Assembly: GCA_964515255.1 (NCBI GenBank)
Contig: CAZETL010000002.1
Coordinates: 1 to 33,390 of the forward strand
DNA: 33,390 nucleotides
Reading direction: 5' to 3'
Source of the DNA: an uncultured Bdellovibrionales bacterium
Lineage (GTDB): Bacteria; Patescibacteriota; Minisyncoccia; Moranbacterales; UBA1568
Part shown: piece by piece, positions 1 through 9,326 of the stretch
How the letters are laid out: each line of letters opens with the position of its first letter
Position numbering within the stretch: the first letter of the stretch is position 1
Made by a program: the position numbers and the translations under genes
Notes under the pieces: generated by a model
Database searches by the model: none
What the model saw: only the letters and a program-made list of their open reading frames with translations
Told to the model about the DNA's origin: nothing

Positions 1-1976
1 TTCATCGGGCCGCACCTCCGGATTTAGATGGCTCTGTATTGCCGAGTACACAGGACTCGACTAACCCCGAGTCTTCATCACGACCATTTTCTGAACAACT
101 CGACGCCAAACAGGACTTGGCAGGAGCTCTCTCTCAGGATCCGGTTTCTAGCCCTCCTGTTCTTACCGAAGATGAAAAGCTTGAGCGTGAGAATATCAAG
201 GCGATAAAGTTTGCGGATGAAGAAGAAAAAAATTCTTCCTCATCCGTTGCGAAGGGATTGCCGTCCCGTCCAGATGACCTCGCGTCTGTACCCGCTTACT
301 TTATTCGTCCGGCCGAAGTGCCGCTTCCTTCTCGCCGGATGCCAAAGAAACGAAATTATTATTGGCAGCTGCCCCCGGTAGATCTTCTTGATGCGTCAAT
401 GGAGGCTGGGTTTGGTGGTGACACGGCTGCGCGCGCGGAGGTGATTCGGGATACGTTGGCGAATTTCGGCATCCAGGTTATTCCGAAGGAAATTAAAGAG
501 GGGCCCACGGTGACACAGTATACGTTTAGTCCGGCAAGCGGAGTGAAAGTATCCCGTATTTCAGCTCTTCAAAATGATCTTGCGCTCGCGCTTGCGGCGC
601 CCTCCATTCGCATTGAAGCGCCGATTCCCGGGAAGGCGCTCCTTGGCATAGAGGTTCCAAATCATACCTCGGCCATTGTCCGATTGAGGAATGTTTTTGA
701 AAGTCTTGCTTTCGTGAAGCGGGATCGCGAACCACCGCTGACCATTGCCCTCGGCAAGGACGTGTACGGCGAATATCGCGTGGCAAATCTTGCAAAGATG
801 CCGCATCTTCTCGTTGCTGGTGCCACGAATTCAGGGAAAAGCATTTTTATAAATACTCTTATCCTGTCGCTCTTGTATCAGAATTCTCCGGAAGATTTGC
901 AGTTGGTTCTTATTGACCCGAAGCGAGTTGAGCTTTCTCTGTACAATGGCATACCACATCTCGTTGCCCCGGTTATTGTCGAGGCAAAGAAAATGGTGAG
1001 CGCGCTTCGTCAGATGGGAGGAGAAATGGAACGACGATACAAGCTTCTTGAACAGGTTGGATCGAGGGACATTGCATCGTATCACAAGAGAGTTGAACGT
1101 GGGGAAAAACGGGAAGTATCGCTCCCGGGAGGGGGAACTCGCGAAGAGGATCTCCCGAAACTCCCGTATATCGTGATTGTCATCGATGAAATGGCTGATC
1201 TCATGATGGCGCATGGTCGGGAAGCAGAAGGGGCTATTGTTCGACTTGCTCAGATGTCACGGGCGGTTGGAATCCATCTTGTTCTCGCAACGCAGCGACC
1301 GAGTGTTGAGGTAATTACGGGCCTCATAAAGGCGAATATTGTAAGCAGAGTTTCCTTTCAGGTGGCGACGCAAATTGATTCCCGGACTATTCTTGATCAG
1401 GGTGGCGCCGAACGATTGCTTGGTCGGGGCGATATGCTGTTTTCTACGCCGGAGTATGCTCAGCCGCGTCGGCTCCAGGGAGCACTCGTGACAGAGGACG
1501 AGGTTGCGAGTGTGGTGCAGTTTCTTCGTGATCAGAAGGTGACGGCTGGGTATGAAGATCCGATAGGGGAAAATCTTGGCGACAGTGCGTTCCCCGAAAA
1601 AGAATTCGCTCTTCCGGAGTCGAATCGATCGGGAGGTGACCTCGAAGCTGCTCCAGTTGGTCCCGAACCGATGCGTCCCGAACGAGTCTCTGATGGAATG
1701 GTTTTTTCTCTTGACGATGATACTGAGAATGATGAGGACGGACGAGATCCCCGTTATGAGGAAGCGAGACAGGTGGTCTTGGAATTCGGAAAAGCTTCTA
1801 CATCGTTCTTGCAGCGTCGGATGGGTCTTGGCTATTCGCGTGCAGCAAAATTGGTCGATCTGCTTGAAGCGGACGGGATCATTGGTCCGGCAGACGGATC
1901 GAAGGCTCGCGAAGTATTCGGTACGAAGAAACCTTTGGAAGAAAGCGAACCCTCAATAGCGGAACAGAAAGAATAG
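1..1976 (+). CDS. ftsK: DNA translocase FtsK/SpoIIIE: linker, motor and gamma domain. The 5' end probably lies upstream of the window; the first in-window start is TTG at 39
   Basis: Walker A GATNSGKS, Walker B VIVIDEMADL, ATQRPS block, and a C-terminal winged-helix gamma domain (STSFLQRRMGLGYSRAAKLVDLLEADGIIGP). The frame stays open back to nt 3 and no N-terminal TM segments are visible in-window. Confidence 0.9.
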   Translation, partial: HRAAPPDLDGSVLPSTQDSTNPESSSRPFSEQLDAKQDLAGALSQDPVSSPPVLTEDEKLERENIKAIKFADEEEKNSSSSVAKGLPSRPDDLASVPAYFIRPAEVPLPSRRMPKKRNYYWQLPPVDLLDASMEAGFGGDTAARAEVIRDTLANFGIQVIPKEIKEGPTVTQYTFSPASGVKVSRISALQNDLALALAAPSIRIEAPIPGKALLGIEVPNHTSAIVRLRNVFESLAFVKRDREPPLTIALGKDVYGEYRVANLAKMPHLLVAGATNSGKSIFINTLILSLLYQNSPEDLQLVLIDPKRVELSLYNGIPHLVAPVIVEAKKMVSALRQMGGEMERRYKLLEQVGSRDIASYHKRVERGEKREVSLPGGGTREEDLPKLPYIVIVIDEMADLMMAHGREAEGAIVRLAQMSRAVGIHLVLATQRPSVEVITGLIKANIVSRVSFQVATQIDSRTILDQGGAERLLGRGDMLFSTPEYAQPRRLQGALVTEDEVASVVQFLRDQKVTAGYEDPIGENLGDSAFPEKEFALPESNRSGGDLEAAPVGPEPMRPERVSDGMVFSLDDDTENDEDGRDPRYEEARQVVLEFGKASTSFLQRRMGLGYSRAAKLVDLLEADGIIGPADGSKAREVFGTKKPLEESEPSIAEQKE

Positions 1977-2061
1977 GTATTGCTTTGCGCGCTATCCTCC
2001 AAGCTAAATCCGTGATATACTCCCGGTAGTTTTTGAAAACGTAAAAAAACAAAAAAACTCT

Positions 2062-2790
2062 ATGAAAAAAATAGCAAGAGGATCCGTTCTCGCATACTCT
2101 CTCATCCTGCTCAGCATTCTCCTTATTGTTTCTATCGGCATGATGTCGTCGTCCATTGTCGACCTCAAGTCTCTTTCATCAAACGATAACTCCGTCAACG
2201 CATTCCAAATCGCCGATTCCGGATCCCAGGCGATTGTTGCAAGCATTAAAAAAGATAACTCCGGAAACATTGGGGACCTCGCAACAAGAATGGGACTCTC
2301 TTGTTCAAACGGACTTGTTGAAAGTTCTCTCTTGAACGGGGCATACAAAGTTTCTTTCTACGGAGACGCGTCAACGGCTCCGCTTTCCTGCGCCGATACG
2401 CTCTCCGGAGTCACTTCGGTGAAATCGGTGGGAAGCTACCGTGACTCGGCTCGCGCGGTGAGCGTCGCGGTGGCGGCGGGGTGTAGCCAGCCGGGGGTTA
2501 TGGTGAAGGTGGCTAGTAACTCCGATTCCGCAAACTTCTCAAGCGGCGACTATGATAAGATTCGCGACTACACGAGAGATGTTTCGAACAAGATTGTCGG
2601 CATTCACTGCAACTACTCAACGGCGGAAGCGTTAAATTTCCACTATCCGATTCCGGCACAATTTCAAGTGGAAACATTTACGGCATCTGGGTTTGATTCT
2701 TTCTACTGCTCGCAGAGCACCGGAGTCTGCAAATTCGAATCGTCCAATTGTTCGAGTGGCTGGGCTGTGTATGGTATGTGTGCGGAATAG
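2062..2790 (+). CDS. Exported or membrane-anchored protein with a PilX-N / minor-pilin-like N-terminus and a Cys-rich C-terminal half
   Basis: N-terminus MKKIARGSVLAYSLILLSILLIVSIGMM followed by AFQIADSG resembles PilX_N-type N-termini. No canonical G|FTLxE prepilin cleavage site is present. There are 8 Cys, 5 of them in the last ~60 aa. Confidence 0.6.
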   Translation: MKKIARGSVLAYSLILLSILLIVSIGMMSSSIVDLKSLSSNDNSVNAFQIADSGSQAIVASIKKDNSGNIGDLATRMGLSCSNGLVESSLLNGAYKVSFYGDASTAPLSCADTLSGVTSVKSVGSYRDSARAVSVAVAAGCSQPGVMVKVASNSDSANFSSGDYDKIRDYTRDVSNKIVGIHCNYSTAEALNFHYPIPAQFQVETFTASGFDSFYCSQSTGVCKFESSNCSSGWAVYGMCAE

Positions 2791-2853
2791 AAGTATTGAT
2801 CCTGACCCCGCTTTTCTTGTTGCGGATAGGATCTGCATGATACCCAGAATTCA

Positions 2854-4566
2854 ATGAACGAAACGCGTGACAATATCTCCATCGTCCTTGCGGGGGCCGC
2901 TGGAAAAGGTGTGCAGACGGTCGAAGGTATGCTTCTCTCGATTTTGAATGAGGAGGGATACGTCGTTTTTGCGTCGAAAGAGTACATGTCGCGCGTCCGC
3001 GGTGGTTCGAATTCGACAGAGATCAGGGTGTCATCCGGTAATTCGCGGGCTTTCGTGAATAATGTCGACATATTCTTTCCGTTCGATCGGGCGGCGTTTG
3101 AACATATTCGGTCACGAGTGCATGAGAAGACGATTATTGTTGCCGATGAGAAATCGATGGTTGCCAGTTCTGATTATCGGATATTTCGTGCTCCGATATC
3201 GGGCATTGCTTCGGAACTTGGCAATGCTCTCTATGAAAATACAGTGGCAGCTGGCGTCGTACTTGGTCTTCTCGGCGCGGATATTTCCGGGCTCGACGGG
3301 TATATTCGGAATCGATTTTCTTCAAAGGGGGGATCTGTCATTGAGGGAAATATCGAAGCGGGACACCGAGGGTATAAACTTGGTGAGCATCTTGCGTATA
3401 CGGAAAATATTGGCATAAAGATAGCGGGTAACGCCTCTTTGAAAGACGTCGACAGGATACTTCTTGATGGCACCGAATCAATTGGTTTGGGCGCTCTTGC
3501 TGGCGGCTGCAACTTTATCGCTTCCTATCCGATGTCGCCCTCGACCGGAGTTCTCCAATTTCTCGCTCGCGAAGGAGAACGATTTGGGGTTGTCGTGGAA
3601 CAATCCGAAGACGAGATTGCGGCCGTTAATATGGGTCTCGGAGCTTCGTTTGCTGGTGCAAGATCGTTCGTGACAACTTCCGGTGGCGGATTTGCGCTCA
3701 TGTGCGAGGGAGTGTCTCTTGCTGGAATGATGGAACTCCCAATTGTGATTCATGTTGCTCAGCGGCCAGGGCCGGCAACCGGGCTTCCGACTCGGACTGA
3801 GCAAGGGGATCTTGATCTCGTGTTGTATGCGGGGCATGGAGAATTTCCTCGAGCGATTTTCGCTCCAGGAACGCATGAAGAAGCATTTGAGGTGACGCAA
3901 CAGGCGTTTAACATAGCGGAAAAATGGCAGTCCCCGATTTTTCTGCTCTCCGACCAGTATTTTCTTGATACTGTGAAAGCGGTGTCGAAAGATGACTTTG
4001 TCGTGCTTCCAGATATTCGGACCGTTATCGAGACGACGGAAGATTACCAGAGATACGCATATTCGGAAGACGGCGTTTCTCCGAGAGGAATTCCCGGGTG
4101 GGGTTCCGGCCTCGTGGTTTCCGATAGCGATGAGCATACCGAGGACGGACATTTGACGGAGCGTCTTGATACGAGGGTTCTTATGATGGAGAAGCGGATG
4201 CGGAAGCTTGACGGATTGGTTCGGGATGTCATGCCCCCTGTTTGGTTTGGGAAAGAAGAGGCGAAAATAACATGTGTCGGATGGGGATCAACATGCGGAG
4301 CAATACGGGAGGCGATTGAAAAATCCGGGCGCGATGATATCTCGCATCTTCATTTTCGGCAGGTGTATCCATTGCCGGGAAATCTAAAAGATTTCTTTAA
4401 AAATTCTGAGCGGATTATTGTCATTGAAAATAATTTTTCAGGGCAGTTCTCTGTTTTGCTTGAGAGGCACGGAGTTCGTGTGGATCAAAAGATACTAAAA
4501 TATACCGGCGAGCCATTTTCAGTGGAAGAAATTTCTCAGCATATAGCATCTTTTCCGGTCGTATGA
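2854..4566 (+). CDS. 2-oxoacid:ferredoxin (acceptor) oxidoreductase, alpha subunit (fused gamma-alpha type)
   Basis: N-terminal gamma-like block [13 protein letters not shown] and alpha-domain blocks [10 protein letters not shown] and [12 protein letters not shown]. The stop overlaps the beta-subunit start (ATGA). Confidence 0.88.
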   Translation: MNETRDNISIVLAGAAGKGVQTVEGMLLSILNEEGYVVFASKEYMSRVRGGSNSTEIRVSSGNSRAFVNNVDIFFPFDRAAFEHIRSRVHEKTIIVADEKSMVASSDYRIFRAPISGIASELGNALYENTVAAGVVLGLLGADISGLDGYIRNRFSSKGGSVIEGNIEAGHRGYKLGEHLAYTENIGIKIAGNASLKDVDRILLDGTESIGLGALAGGCNFIASYPMSPSTGVLQFLAREGERFGVVVEQSEDEIAAVNMGLGASFAGARSFVTTSGGGFALMCEGVSLAGMMELPIVIHVAQRPGPATGLPTRTEQGDLDLVLYAGHGEFPRAIFAPGTHEEAFEVTQQAFNIAEKWQSPIFLLSDQYFLDTVKAVSKDDFVVLPDIRTVIETTEDYQRYAYSEDGVSPRGIPGWGSGLVVSDSDEHTEDGHLTERLDTRVLMMEKRMRKLDGLVRDVMPPVWFGKEEAKITCVGWGSTCGAIREAIEKSGRDDISHLHFRQVYPLPGNLKDFFKNSERIIVIENNFSGQFSVLLERHGVRVDQKILKYTGEPFSVEEISQHIASFPVV

Positions 4567-5417
4567 ATCAGAAACTCTTCGACATGCCGCAAGAGACGGA
4601 TATTGCTTGGTGTCCCGGATGCGGAAACTATCCGCTTCTTACTATTCTTAAAATGGCACTTGTTGAACTTGGCATAGACCCGAGTCGACTCGTCTCTGTT
4701 TCGGGAATCGGACAAGCCGGGAAGGCTCCTCATTACTATAAGACGCATGTCTTCAACGGGCTTCATGGGCGAGCTCTTCCGGCGGCGACCGCTATAAAAA
4801 TGGCGAATCCTGAAATGACGGTGATCGTCGAAAGCGGCGACGGTGACATCTATGCGGAGGGAGGGAACCATTTTACGCATACAGTTCGGAGGAATCCGAA
4901 TATTACGGCGTTTGTTCATAACAACATGGTATACGGCTTGACGAAGGGGCAGGCGTCTCCAACTTCAGAAACCGGCATGAAAACGCCAGTGCAGGTCGCG
5001 GGAGTCGTTTTGGAGCCTTTTAATCCCCTTGCTGCAGCTATCGCGCTCGATTGTTCATTTGTGGCGCGCGCCTTTGTGGGCGATGTGCCGCAGACCAAGG
5101 AGATTCTCAAGAAAGCAATTCAACACACGGGATTCTCTCTTGTAGACATTTTTCAGCCATGTCCCATTTTCAATAAGCAGAATACGTATCCGTGGTTCAA
5201 GGAAAAGACATACTACCTCGAAGAGGAGTATAATAAGAATGACAGAATTGAAGCGTTTCGCAGATCTGTTGAAACTGATCGTCTCCCGCTTGGAATATTC
5301 TACGAGAATTCGGAAAGAATGAATTTTGAATCACAGCTTGCAAATCACGGCGAACCCCTCTACAAGCATCGATTTCGGAAAGAGACATTCGAGAAGTGGC
5401 TCCGTGATCGGCGATAA
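4563..5417 (+). CDS. 2-oxoacid:ferredoxin oxidoreductase, beta (TPP-binding) subunit
   Basis: WCPGCGNY Cys motif and ESGDGD thiamine-diphosphate GDG motif. Translationally coupled to the alpha subunit. Confidence 0.88.
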   Translation: MNQKLFDMPQETDIAWCPGCGNYPLLTILKMALVELGIDPSRLVSVSGIGQAGKAPHYYKTHVFNGLHGRALPAATAIKMANPEMTVIVESGDGDIYAEGGNHFTHTVRRNPNITAFVHNNMVYGLTKGQASPTSETGMKTPVQVAGVVLEPFNPLAAAIALDCSFVARAFVGDVPQTKEILKKAIQHTGFSLVDIFQPCPIFNKQNTYPWFKEKTYYLEEEYNKNDRIEAFRRSVETDRLPLGIFYENSERMNFESQLANHGEPLYKHRFRKETFEKWLRDRR

Positions 5418-5473
5418 CGGGATCAATCACGAACAGTAAGTTATTTACGATATATTCTTAATTTTTTATTTGT

Positions 5474-6823
5474 ATGGCAAAAGGAATGAAGAGTTTTTCA
5501 GGGTTTGGCAACGTCGCCTTCATTGTACTGGCGCTTGTTGCGGGAGTCGGGGGTTTCGCTATGGCATCTCAGGTGCGGGCGCAAGTGGATGCATGTAGCC
5601 TCCCTGGATTCGGTCCGTGCCCGAGCGGGGATTCTGGAGATTATGGCGGTACGGTGAATTCAACCGAATCGTGCGGACCGGCAATGAATCAGAAGTACGT
5701 CCAGAAGCCTCCAGAGAGCGCGCTTTGCAAGCCCGATTCGACTCTTGAAGAATTCAAGAGGGTTGACATGGAGATTTATCAAGGTGCAGTGCAGGGTTCG
5801 AAAAATCGCTGGAACTGGTATTGCAGGAAGCCGGGTCTTGTGTCGGTGTGTTGGGCGACAGCCGGATCCTTTGCTGAGTCGGCCGGGCCGACCAACTGGT
5901 GCGGGTCTGCGAATGGAAAATCAATATCCGGGCCGCCTTCGAGAGAGCAGCTGTGCGCATCTGGCGCTTCTGCGACCGGAAACCCGACCCAAAAGGTTGC
6001 CACGAAGGAAGATTCTTGCGGGGGATTCGTATGGGTTTGCATGGGGTCCGACGGTTTTGTCAATCGGTGCGAGTCGATTGATCCGATATGGCAGAATGTG
6101 CTCAGGTATAGCGCTTGCATTCCGAAGGCATTAGGATCTTCCACGAGCGAGACAGGCGGCGGCAAATCGGATACGGGTCTTGTCTATAGTCCCCCCAAAA
6201 TCAAAATCGACGGCTTCTGCGGCAATGCCGCCCGGAACTATGGCGAAGGCGAAACGGCTTTCTCCGGCTCTCTCTGCTACACCGGGCTTCCCGATCCGAT
6301 CAATCCGACCTTTCCATCAATGAACGGTTCATCCTCATGGTCCTGCACGGGACTCACCGGAGGAAATGTCTCAAGCCTCTGCACGGCGACAAGAGGAACG
6401 CAAGCCCCGGGAGCCGGAGTCCCTTCTACTTGCTCGGTTTATACGAGCGCAAGCTCCTCAATTCCCGAGGGTTACGGATCCCCATTCAACCAGCTTTCCT
6501 CGGCAAAGGAATCTCTCCTCTCGGTAAATTGTTCTTCGTCCGGAGCGATTGCCACGGCCGGATCTCAGAACACCTATGTCTACAAAACGGGATTTGTTTC
6601 CCGGAACGGCCAGTGGGAAAAGATCGACTTTTCCGGAAACCCGGATCTCAATAATGAGGGATGGTTTGCCGGAAGTTCCCTTGCTAATCTCCCGGCAAGC
6701 AATGGAAACCAGAACTTCGTCATCGCGTTCGTCTGCCAGTACTCGAACGGATCTTGGAAGTGCGGATGCCGAGACGGCGCGTGCACCCAGAATTACTGGA
6801 CCCTCCAAGCGTACAAGAAGTAG
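5474..6823 (+). CDS. Exported Cys-rich repeat protein, paralog A (signal peptide, 3 four-Cys modules, conserved C-terminal domain)
   Basis: Signal peptide ...FAMASQVRA|QVD. Modules of the form CGxANG..LC..G..WxWxC..C. The last ~211 aa are identical to paralog B. Confidence 0.8.
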   Translation: MAKGMKSFSGFGNVAFIVLALVAGVGGFAMASQVRAQVDACSLPGFGPCPSGDSGDYGGTVNSTESCGPAMNQKYVQKPPESALCKPDSTLEEFKRVDMEIYQGAVQGSKNRWNWYCRKPGLVSVCWATAGSFAESAGPTNWCGSANGKSISGPPSREQLCASGASATGNPTQKVATKEDSCGGFVWVCMGSDGFVNRCESIDPIWQNVLRYSACIPKALGSSTSETGGGKSDTGLVYSPPKIKIDGFCGNAARNYGEGETAFSGSLCYTGLPDPINPTFPSMNGSSSWSCTGLTGGNVSSLCTATRGTQAPGAGVPSTCSVYTSASSSIPEGYGSPFNQLSSAKESLLSVNCSSSGAIATAGSQNTYVYKTGFVSRNGQWEKIDFSGNPDLNNEGWFAGSSLANLPASNGNQNFVIAFVCQYSNGSWKCGCRDGACTQNYWTLQAYKK

Positions 6824-7073
6824 TAACTCCTAAAAGAAACACACAAAAACCCTATGGAAGGATCAACTCGGAGAAAATTGGTCATTACCATCCTTCTCCT
6901 CGGCATAGCGATTGTCGCAGCCCTCGCATTCTATAGCTTTTCCAAGAAAGCCCAGGCTCCCGATCTTCCGACTCCTCCTCCGCTTCCTTCGATGCCAAGC
7001 AATCCCCCGGCAAGTTCAATGAAAGGAGAGCTTCCTCCTCCGCCTCCGGCTCTGCCGAGGTGAGGGGTGGCGA
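6192..7073 (+). repeat. 882-bp direct repeat, copy 1 (3' 632 bp of paralog A, 30-bp spacer, small TM ORF, and 10 bp beyond it)
   Basis: Base-by-base comparison with 8423-9304 at offset 2231. The only mismatch I found is 7052 C vs 9283 T. Confidence 0.9.
6854..7063 (+). CDS. Small single-pass membrane protein with a proline-rich tail (copy 1)
   Basis: 69 aa with TM segment LVITILLLGIAIVAALAFYSF, then PDLPTPPPLPSMPSNPP...ELPPPPPALPR. An identical protein is encoded at 9085-9294. Confidence 0.55.
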   Translation: MEGSTRRKLVITILLLGIAIVAALAFYSFSKKAQAPDLPTPPPLPSMPSNPPASSMKGELPPPPPALPR

Positions 7074-7119
7074 TAGTGTATAATGATATAAAATCAAAAG
7101 TGATATTTTATAAAAAATT

Positions 7120-9054
7120 ATGCAGAAATATTTCTCTTACCAGGAAAGGAAAATCAAGTATCCTCATAGACTTTTTTGGGCAATCGTTTTTGTCTTGACT
7201 TTTGGAGTATTCTCTTTTCCAGGCTATTCGGATGCAGCAGTATCGTGCGGCGGCTCGAAGTGGACATGTTCTCAGGGAACCGCAAATGGTCTTGGATACA
7301 CCGGATGTTCCGATTCCGGATGGCGAGGGAATTCAAGTTCAGGAAATAGTTACGGAGCCATTTGGGATTGCGTCGGACCAGATGCCTATAGAGGGGAGAC
7401 TGTAAGTTGTTTTTCTGCGGAAACGCCCCCGCAAAAATGTCCTCCGGATCCAGTTGAATACCCGAGAGGAACTGCGAATCCTCCTCTCGGGAATCTTGAC
7501 AAAGCGGACTGTACGTCTATGTCGGGCGTGGGATATGACCCAGACCATGCTGCGGCAGGTACATACGCTGATTTCACAGTCCAGTTTTTTGATGGACCGA
7601 GGGAGGGAAATAAGCTGATTGGTTCCGTGGGGACGAGTTCGACAGGGCCGCTTTATATGAGGAAGTTCACTTTCTCTACGCCGAATTCAGTGAAAGATGG
7701 CAAAGCCCATACCGTGTATGCTTATGGCGTTGACATCGAAACGGGAGTATTGGGGCAGGTATTTGCTGTTCCGCAAGCATTGAATTGTGCAGCTGTTCCT
7801 GGCGGCGGTTCTGGTGGCGGTTCGGGAGGAGGCTCCGCCTCTTGCGGTTCTGCGAATGGGAGTACTATCCCCGCGCGAGGTCCGGAATGGAGCCAGCTTT
7901 GCGCGAATTCGGCGGAACCGATAAATTTCTCGGCAAGGAATAACGGAAGCGGGTTCTGGGACGGATGGAAGTGGAATTGCGGGAATAATGCTTGCTCGGC
8001 AAACCTTTCCCCAGGGGAATGCGGAACGGCAAATGGAACAAGTCGCGCGTCGGCGCCTTCGACAGTCGGCGAGCTCTGCAAGTCGGGCGTTGCAACGTCC
8101 GTTTCGGGCTCGGGACCTTGGACATGGTCTTGCACAGGAAGAACTTGCTCTGCTAATAAATCAGGCGGGACTGGCGGCGGTGAATCCCGAGACTGGTGCG
8201 GTTTGGCAAATGGCGGAACGTTCTCGACGGAGCCGTCCGGCAGCCAGCTATGCGCTTCGGGCGCGACTTTGGATGGATCAGTGACATACCAGGCGCCATT
8301 TGCTCCAAATCCCTCTGGGAGCTGGAGATGGTCGTGCAGGGGATCGAATGGCAATGTGTCAGCATGCTGGGCAAATAGCTCGTCTTCGCAAGGAGGAGGG
8401 AGCGGTGGAACTGGCAGTGGCGCCCCCAAAATCAAAATCGACGGCTTCTGCGGCAATGCCGCCCGGAACTATGGCGAAGGCGAAACGGCTTTCTCCGGCT
8501 CTCTCTGCTACACCGGGCTTCCCGATCCGATCAATCCGACCTTTCCATCAATGAACGGTTCATCCTCATGGTCCTGCACGGGACTCACCGGAGGAAATGT
8601 CTCAAGCCTCTGCACGGCGACAAGAGGAACGCAAGCCCCGGGAGCCGGAGTCCCTTCTACTTGCTCGGTTTATACGAGCGCAAGCTCCTCAATTCCCGAG
8701 GGTTACGGATCCCCATTCAACCAGCTTTCCTCGGCAAAGGAATCTCTCCTCTCGGTAAATTGTTCTTCGTCCGGAGCGATTGCCACGGCCGGATCTCAGA
8801 ACACCTATGTCTACAAAACGGGATTTGTTTCCCGGAACGGCCAGTGGGAAAAGATCGACTTTTCCGGAAACCCGGATCTCAATAATGAGGGATGGTTTGC
8901 CGGAAGTTCCCTTGCTAATCTCCCGGCAAGCAATGGAAACCAGAACTTCGTCATCGCGTTCGTCTGCCAGTACTCGAACGGATCTTGGAAGTGCGGATGC
9001 CGAGACGGCGCGTGCACCCAGAATTACTGGACCCTCCAAGCGTACAAGAAGTAG
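7120..9054 (+). CDS. Exported Cys-rich repeat protein, paralog B (signal peptide, beta-sandwich-like insert, 4 four-Cys modules, conserved C-terminal domain)
   Basis: Signal peptide ...FPGYSDA|AVS, GGGSGGGSGGGS linkers and four tandem CGxANG..LC..WxWxC..C modules. The C-terminal 211 aa are identical to paralog A. Confidence 0.8.
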   Translation: MQKYFSYQERKIKYPHRLFWAIVFVLTFGVFSFPGYSDAAVSCGGSKWTCSQGTANGLGYTGCSDSGWRGNSSSGNSYGAIWDCVGPDAYRGETVSCFSAETPPQKCPPDPVEYPRGTANPPLGNLDKADCTSMSGVGYDPDHAAAGTYADFTVQFFDGPREGNKLIGSVGTSSTGPLYMRKFTFSTPNSVKDGKAHTVYAYGVDIETGVLGQVFAVPQALNCAAVPGGGSGGGSGGGSASCGSANGSTIPARGPEWSQLCANSAEPINFSARNNGSGFWDGWKWNCGNNACSANLSPGECGTANGTSRASAPSTVGELCKSGVATSVSGSGPWTWSCTGRTCSANKSGGTGGGESRDWCGLANGGTFSTEPSGSQLCASGATLDGSVTYQAPFAPNPSGSWRWSCRGSNGNVSACWANSSSSQGGGSGGTGSGAPKIKIDGFCGNAARNYGEGETAFSGSLCYTGLPDPINPTFPSMNGSSSWSCTGLTGGNVSSLCTATRGTQAPGAGVPSTCSVYTSASSSIPEGYGSPFNQLSSAKESLLSVNCSSSGAIATAGSQNTYVYKTGFVSRNGQWEKIDFSGNPDLNNEGWFAGSSLANLPASNGNQNFVIAFVCQYSNGSWKCGCRDGACTQNYWTLQAYKK

Positions 9055-9304
9055 TAACTCCTAAAAGAAACACACAAAAACCCTATGGAAGGATCAACTC
9101 GGAGAAAATTGGTCATTACCATCCTTCTCCTCGGCATAGCGATTGTCGCAGCCCTCGCATTCTATAGCTTTTCCAAGAAAGCCCAGGCTCCCGATCTTCC
9201 GACTCCTCCTCCGCTTCCTTCGATGCCAAGCAATCCCCCGGCAAGTTCAATGAAAGGAGAGCTTCCTCCTCCGCCTCCGGCTTTGCCGAGGTGAGGGGTG
9301 GCGA
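8423..9304 (+). repeat. 882-bp direct repeat, copy 2 (3' end of paralog B plus the small TM ORF)
   Basis: Same comparison. Identical shadow ORFs in several frames of the ORF track confirm the identity. Confidence 0.9.
9085..9294 (+). CDS. Small single-pass membrane protein with a proline-rich tail (copy 2)
   Basis: Protein identical to 6854-7063, with one synonymous CTG/TTG difference at 9283. Confidence 0.55.
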   Translation: MEGSTRRKLVITILLLGIAIVAALAFYSFSKKAQAPDLPTPPPLPSMPSNPPASSMKGELPPPPPALPR

Positions 9305-9326
9305 CGACTCATCAATTCTGCTGATA

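Noticed and set aside
3004-3014. The tRNA T-arm-like string GGTTCGAATTC
   Set aside because: It lies inside the OFOR alpha coding frame with no flanking acceptor or anticodon arm structure. I saw no tRNA-like cloverleaf in any intergenic region.
6192-9304. Diversity-generating retroelement (template/variable repeat pair) as an explanation for the 882-bp repeat
   Set aside because: The copies differ at a single C/T position rather than at adenine-specific sites. The repeat is far longer than typical TR/VR pairs. No reverse transcriptase gene is present in the window.
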